A stretch of DNA of 64,000 bases, from assembly GCA_043228905.1 (NCBI GenBank), contig JBHGNT010000006.1, positions 13,392,001 to 13,456,000 on the forward strand, in the 5' to 3' direction. The position numbers were made by a program, and so were the translations under genes. Position 1 is the stretch's first letter. Every line of letters starts with the position of its first letter. The stretch comes from Azolla caroliniana. Lineage: Eukaryota; Plantae; Polypodiophyta. This document shows positions 60,450 to 64,000 of this stretch, one piece after another. Below the pieces are notes generated by a model. It saw nothing but the letters and a program-made list of their open reading frames with translations, was not told the origin of the DNA and did not search any database.

Positions 60450-63400
60450 CTATCCCCCCTTTAAAACGACGACTGTCACGAGTCGTTTTGGATGGAGGAC
60501 CCGGTTTGTGTGGATATTGACGATGGAAGTCTTCAAGAACAGACGAGCATTGGTCTCATTCTCGATCGGTTCCCAAGTACGTTCGTTGGGACTATAGCCT
60601 AGCCAATCAACTAGATAGTAGAGCTTGTTGCGAACAATCTTGGAATCAAGGATGGTGGCAACCTCGTACTCTGGTCCATCTTCAAGCTCAATCGGGGGTG
60701 GAGGTCGTATAATACGTCCTGGGATGGTGCTCTCGTGATAGGGTTCGAGGAGAGAACTATGAAACACCGGATGTATCCAAAGTTGAGGAGGTAGATCGAG
60801 ACGAAAAGCGACATCATTAATCTTTCCAATAATACGGAAAGGGCCTAATCGCCGATAATCCAACTTCTCACATGGGCGAGTAGTCTTGATGTGTCGTCGT
60901 AGGAGCCACACCCGATCTCAAATGTTAAAACTAGATTGAAGTCGATGACAATCTGCGTAGACCTTGTGTGTTTGTTGACCTTGCTGGAGATGAGTAGATA
61001 AATCTACTTGTATCTTGCATAACTGCTCCAAACGATCCTCCGCGCAAGGATTTGTGGATAGCTCTGGGGTTTCAAGTACACTCAACCAAGGTTGACATCC
61101 CGTATAAGCAAAAAATGGCGTAACTTTAGTCGATGCGTGGATAGAGTTATTATCGGAAAATTCGGCGAAGTGGAGAATATCTGCCCAGTTATCCTGATGA
61201 TAGCTGAGAAAGCACCGTAGATATTGCTCCAGCGTTTGATTTGTTCGTTCGGCTTGGCCGTCTATTTGTGGGTGGTAGCCTGAGGAGAGGTTACAAGTGA
61301 CCTTGAGTATTTTAAAAAGGTGCTTCCAGAATTTTGACACGAAGTGGGGTCGACGGACGCTGACAATACTATTGGGAAGTCCATGATGCCGACATACTTC
61401 ACGCATGACAATTTCGGCGGTGTCTTCACTGGAGATTTCCTTAGTACATGGCAAGAAATGAGCCATCTTCGTATATCAATCTACCACTGTTAGAATCGCA
61501 TTCAACCCCTTAGAGACTGAAAGATCTGTGATGAAGTGAGAGCAATAGATTGCAACGACTTGCTTGGAATTGGTAATGGTTCTAATAAACCGTATGGATG
61601 ATGCCTTGGCATTTTCGCTCTGCAACATGTATCACAAGTCCGAACAAAATCTTCGACAAATTGTCGCATACGGGGCCACTAGAATGATCATTGTACTAAA
61701 TCTACTGTTTTAGTACTACCAAAATACCCAACTCTATATGTGTCATGACAGTTTTGTACTACTCGAAGGCGGCAAGCACCATTAGGAACATACAAAAGTT
61801 CTTTAAAGAAGAGTAATCTATCATGGTATTTGAATTGCCGATAGTCCGTACCTGGTGGTTGCTACTGTGAACATGACGCTCGAGAGGGATCAATTTGTGC
61901 TAGTATAGCTTGGGCGAAAGCATCTGTCTTCAGGTCCGCACGTATGATATTGATAACGTGGGAATCCATGGGCATACCAAATACCTGTGTTGCTTGCAGT
62001 CGTGCCGGTCCCAAGATTACTTGCTTTTGGTTATCGAAAGCTGGCTCGCCGAGACATGGTGTTAAATACGAACGCCGTGATAATGCATCTGCCTTGGCAC
62101 ATTAGTGAGGCCGAACGGCATGACCGTATACTCGAAGTGCCCATATCTAGTGCGGACTGCGGTCTTCCATTCATCTCCGGGTCAGCTCCGTACGAGGTTA
62201 TAGGCCCTCGTAAGTCAATCTTTGTGAAGAACCTGGCACCATTGATTCGTTCTAAAAGACTTGAGATAAGCGGAAGTGCATACCTATTGCGGATTGTAGC
62301 TTTATTCAAGCCACGGTAATCTACCACCAGACGAAGTGAGCCATCCTTTTCCTTGACGAAGAAATGCGTGAACCGGCTGGAGATTTCGAATGTCGAATGA
62401 ATCCATTCCCCAAATTCTCTTGTATATAGGCTCGAAGGACTTCTAGCTTGGTTGGTGACAAATTGTAGATCGGTCCCCATGGTGGCTCTTTCCCCGGTTG
62501 TAAATCGATGGGGCAATCATATGCTCGATGGTGAGGAAGCGTATTGGCTCGTACTTTATCGAATACATCGGCATAATGATAATACTTCTTTGGTAGCTGA
62601 ACGATGGACTCCTCTTTAATGGTGTCGGAGGGTTTTAGTGATATTGCGAAGAGAAACATTTCTTCCTTGGGTCCTTCTTCCCGCAACTGATGTAGTGAAA
62701 TGATTGCAATCTCTTGAGTAGATCCTCGGGTTTGTCGACACCGGATTTCGCTCGTTCTCCAATCTATGTCCAGGTTATGTAACTCGAACCATGGTAATCC
62801 CAAAACGATGGGATGTTCCGGGATACTAATAATGTTAAATGATACTACACATGCTAAGTTATCTAGGACAATATTAACGGGTTCTGACTCTTGTATGATA
62901 TTTCCGGAAGCAATGGGACAACCATCAATGACGACTACAGAGGCTGGACATGGGAGTTTTCTAAGAGATATCTGATGAGCTTGTGCAAAATTCCAATCCA
63001 GAAAGCAAGAATTACCTCCGGAGTCTAGAAGTGCCAAGACGGGTACTGGAGGGGTACGTTTAGTACTAACTATTACTTGGGCTACGAACACATTGCTAAC
63101 TTGGTTAGAGGGAATGGAACCACTAATGGGTTGCACAGATCTAGGGTTGTCCAACCAAACGGCTCCTATTTTGGGTGGACTTAGTGGTTTAACTCTTCTT
63201 CTAACTGACTAAGGACATCAAATTTGTTCGCTAGATCCAGGCTATTAGTAGTATTAATACTGTCAGATATCCCTACTGTAATAGGCTCGGGTTTAGTACA
63301 ATTAGAACTAGCAACTATTTGGTTTACCTGTCTTCTTGGCCTATGGGGACACTTTATTGCAATGTGTCCTGGTCCACCGTAGTAGAGACATAGTCGATTT

Positions 63401-64000
63401 GTTCAGCGTCGCTGCTTTTCATCTTCGGATAATGGCCCTCGACGACGTGTAGTGTCAATCTCCATCGGTTGGCCGTCGGTTTGTGGGTGGTAGCTGGAGG
63501 AGAGGTTACAAGTGACCTTGAGCATTTTAAAAAGGTGCTTCCAGAATTTTGACACGAACTGGGATCCACGGTCGCTGACGACACTATTGAAAAGTCCATG
63601 ATGCCGACATACTTCACGCATGACAATTTCGGCGGTGTCTTCACTGGAGATTTCCTTAGTACATGGCAAGAAATGAGCCATCTTCGTATATCAATCTACC
63701 ACTGTTAGAATCGCATTGAACCCCTTAGAGACTGAAAGATCTGTGATGAAGTGAGAGCAATAGATTGCAACGACTTGCTTGGAATTGGTAATGGTTCTAA
63801 TAAACCGTATGGATGATGCCTTGGCATTTTCGCTCTGCAGCATGTATCACAAGTCCGAACAAAATCTTCGACAAATTGTCGCATACGGGGCCATTAGAAT
63901 GATCATTGTACTAAATCTACTGTTTTAGTACTACCAAAATACCCAACTCTATATGTGTCATGACAATTTTGTACTACTCGAAGGCGGCAAGAACCATTAG
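60450..64000 (-). mobile_element. Rearranged Tcn1-like internal region: gag end, protease, RT start, deletion, integrase, chromodomain; preceded by a second integrase piece
   Basis: ORFs 62321..63154, 60918..61466 and 60450..60911; 63468..64000 directly repeats ~61255..61785. Confidence 0.9.

Overview
This window is a gene-free, deeply nested array of plant LTR retrotransposons. The element mix suggests a moss such as Physcomitrium, which is inference from the families present. It contains: (i) several Ty1/copia elements with tRNA-iMet PBS, including a very young, internally deleted Tnt1/Tork-like copy; (ii) non-chromovirus Ty3/gypsy elements (Phygy-like, tRNA-Arg PBS) that carry a long extra sense ORF after integrase and have no visible polypurine tract; (iii) many rearranged Tcn1-like chromoviruses. 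No host gene, rRNA, intact tRNA or CRISPR array was found. The most interesting signals are four. First, an 88-bp and a 727-bp insertion share asymmetric hairpin termini (TGTCGT...ACGACA) and both have 4-bp TSDs. Second, antisense tRNA-like Pol III A-box/B-box cassettes sit near the 5' end of several unrelated LTR families. Third, the Tcn1-like PBS is complementary to the element's own R region (self-priming). Fourth, a conserved slippery site plus pseudoknot marks the Tcn1-like gag/pol junction. Coordinates were read by eye and may be off by a few bases, and identities are visual estimates.
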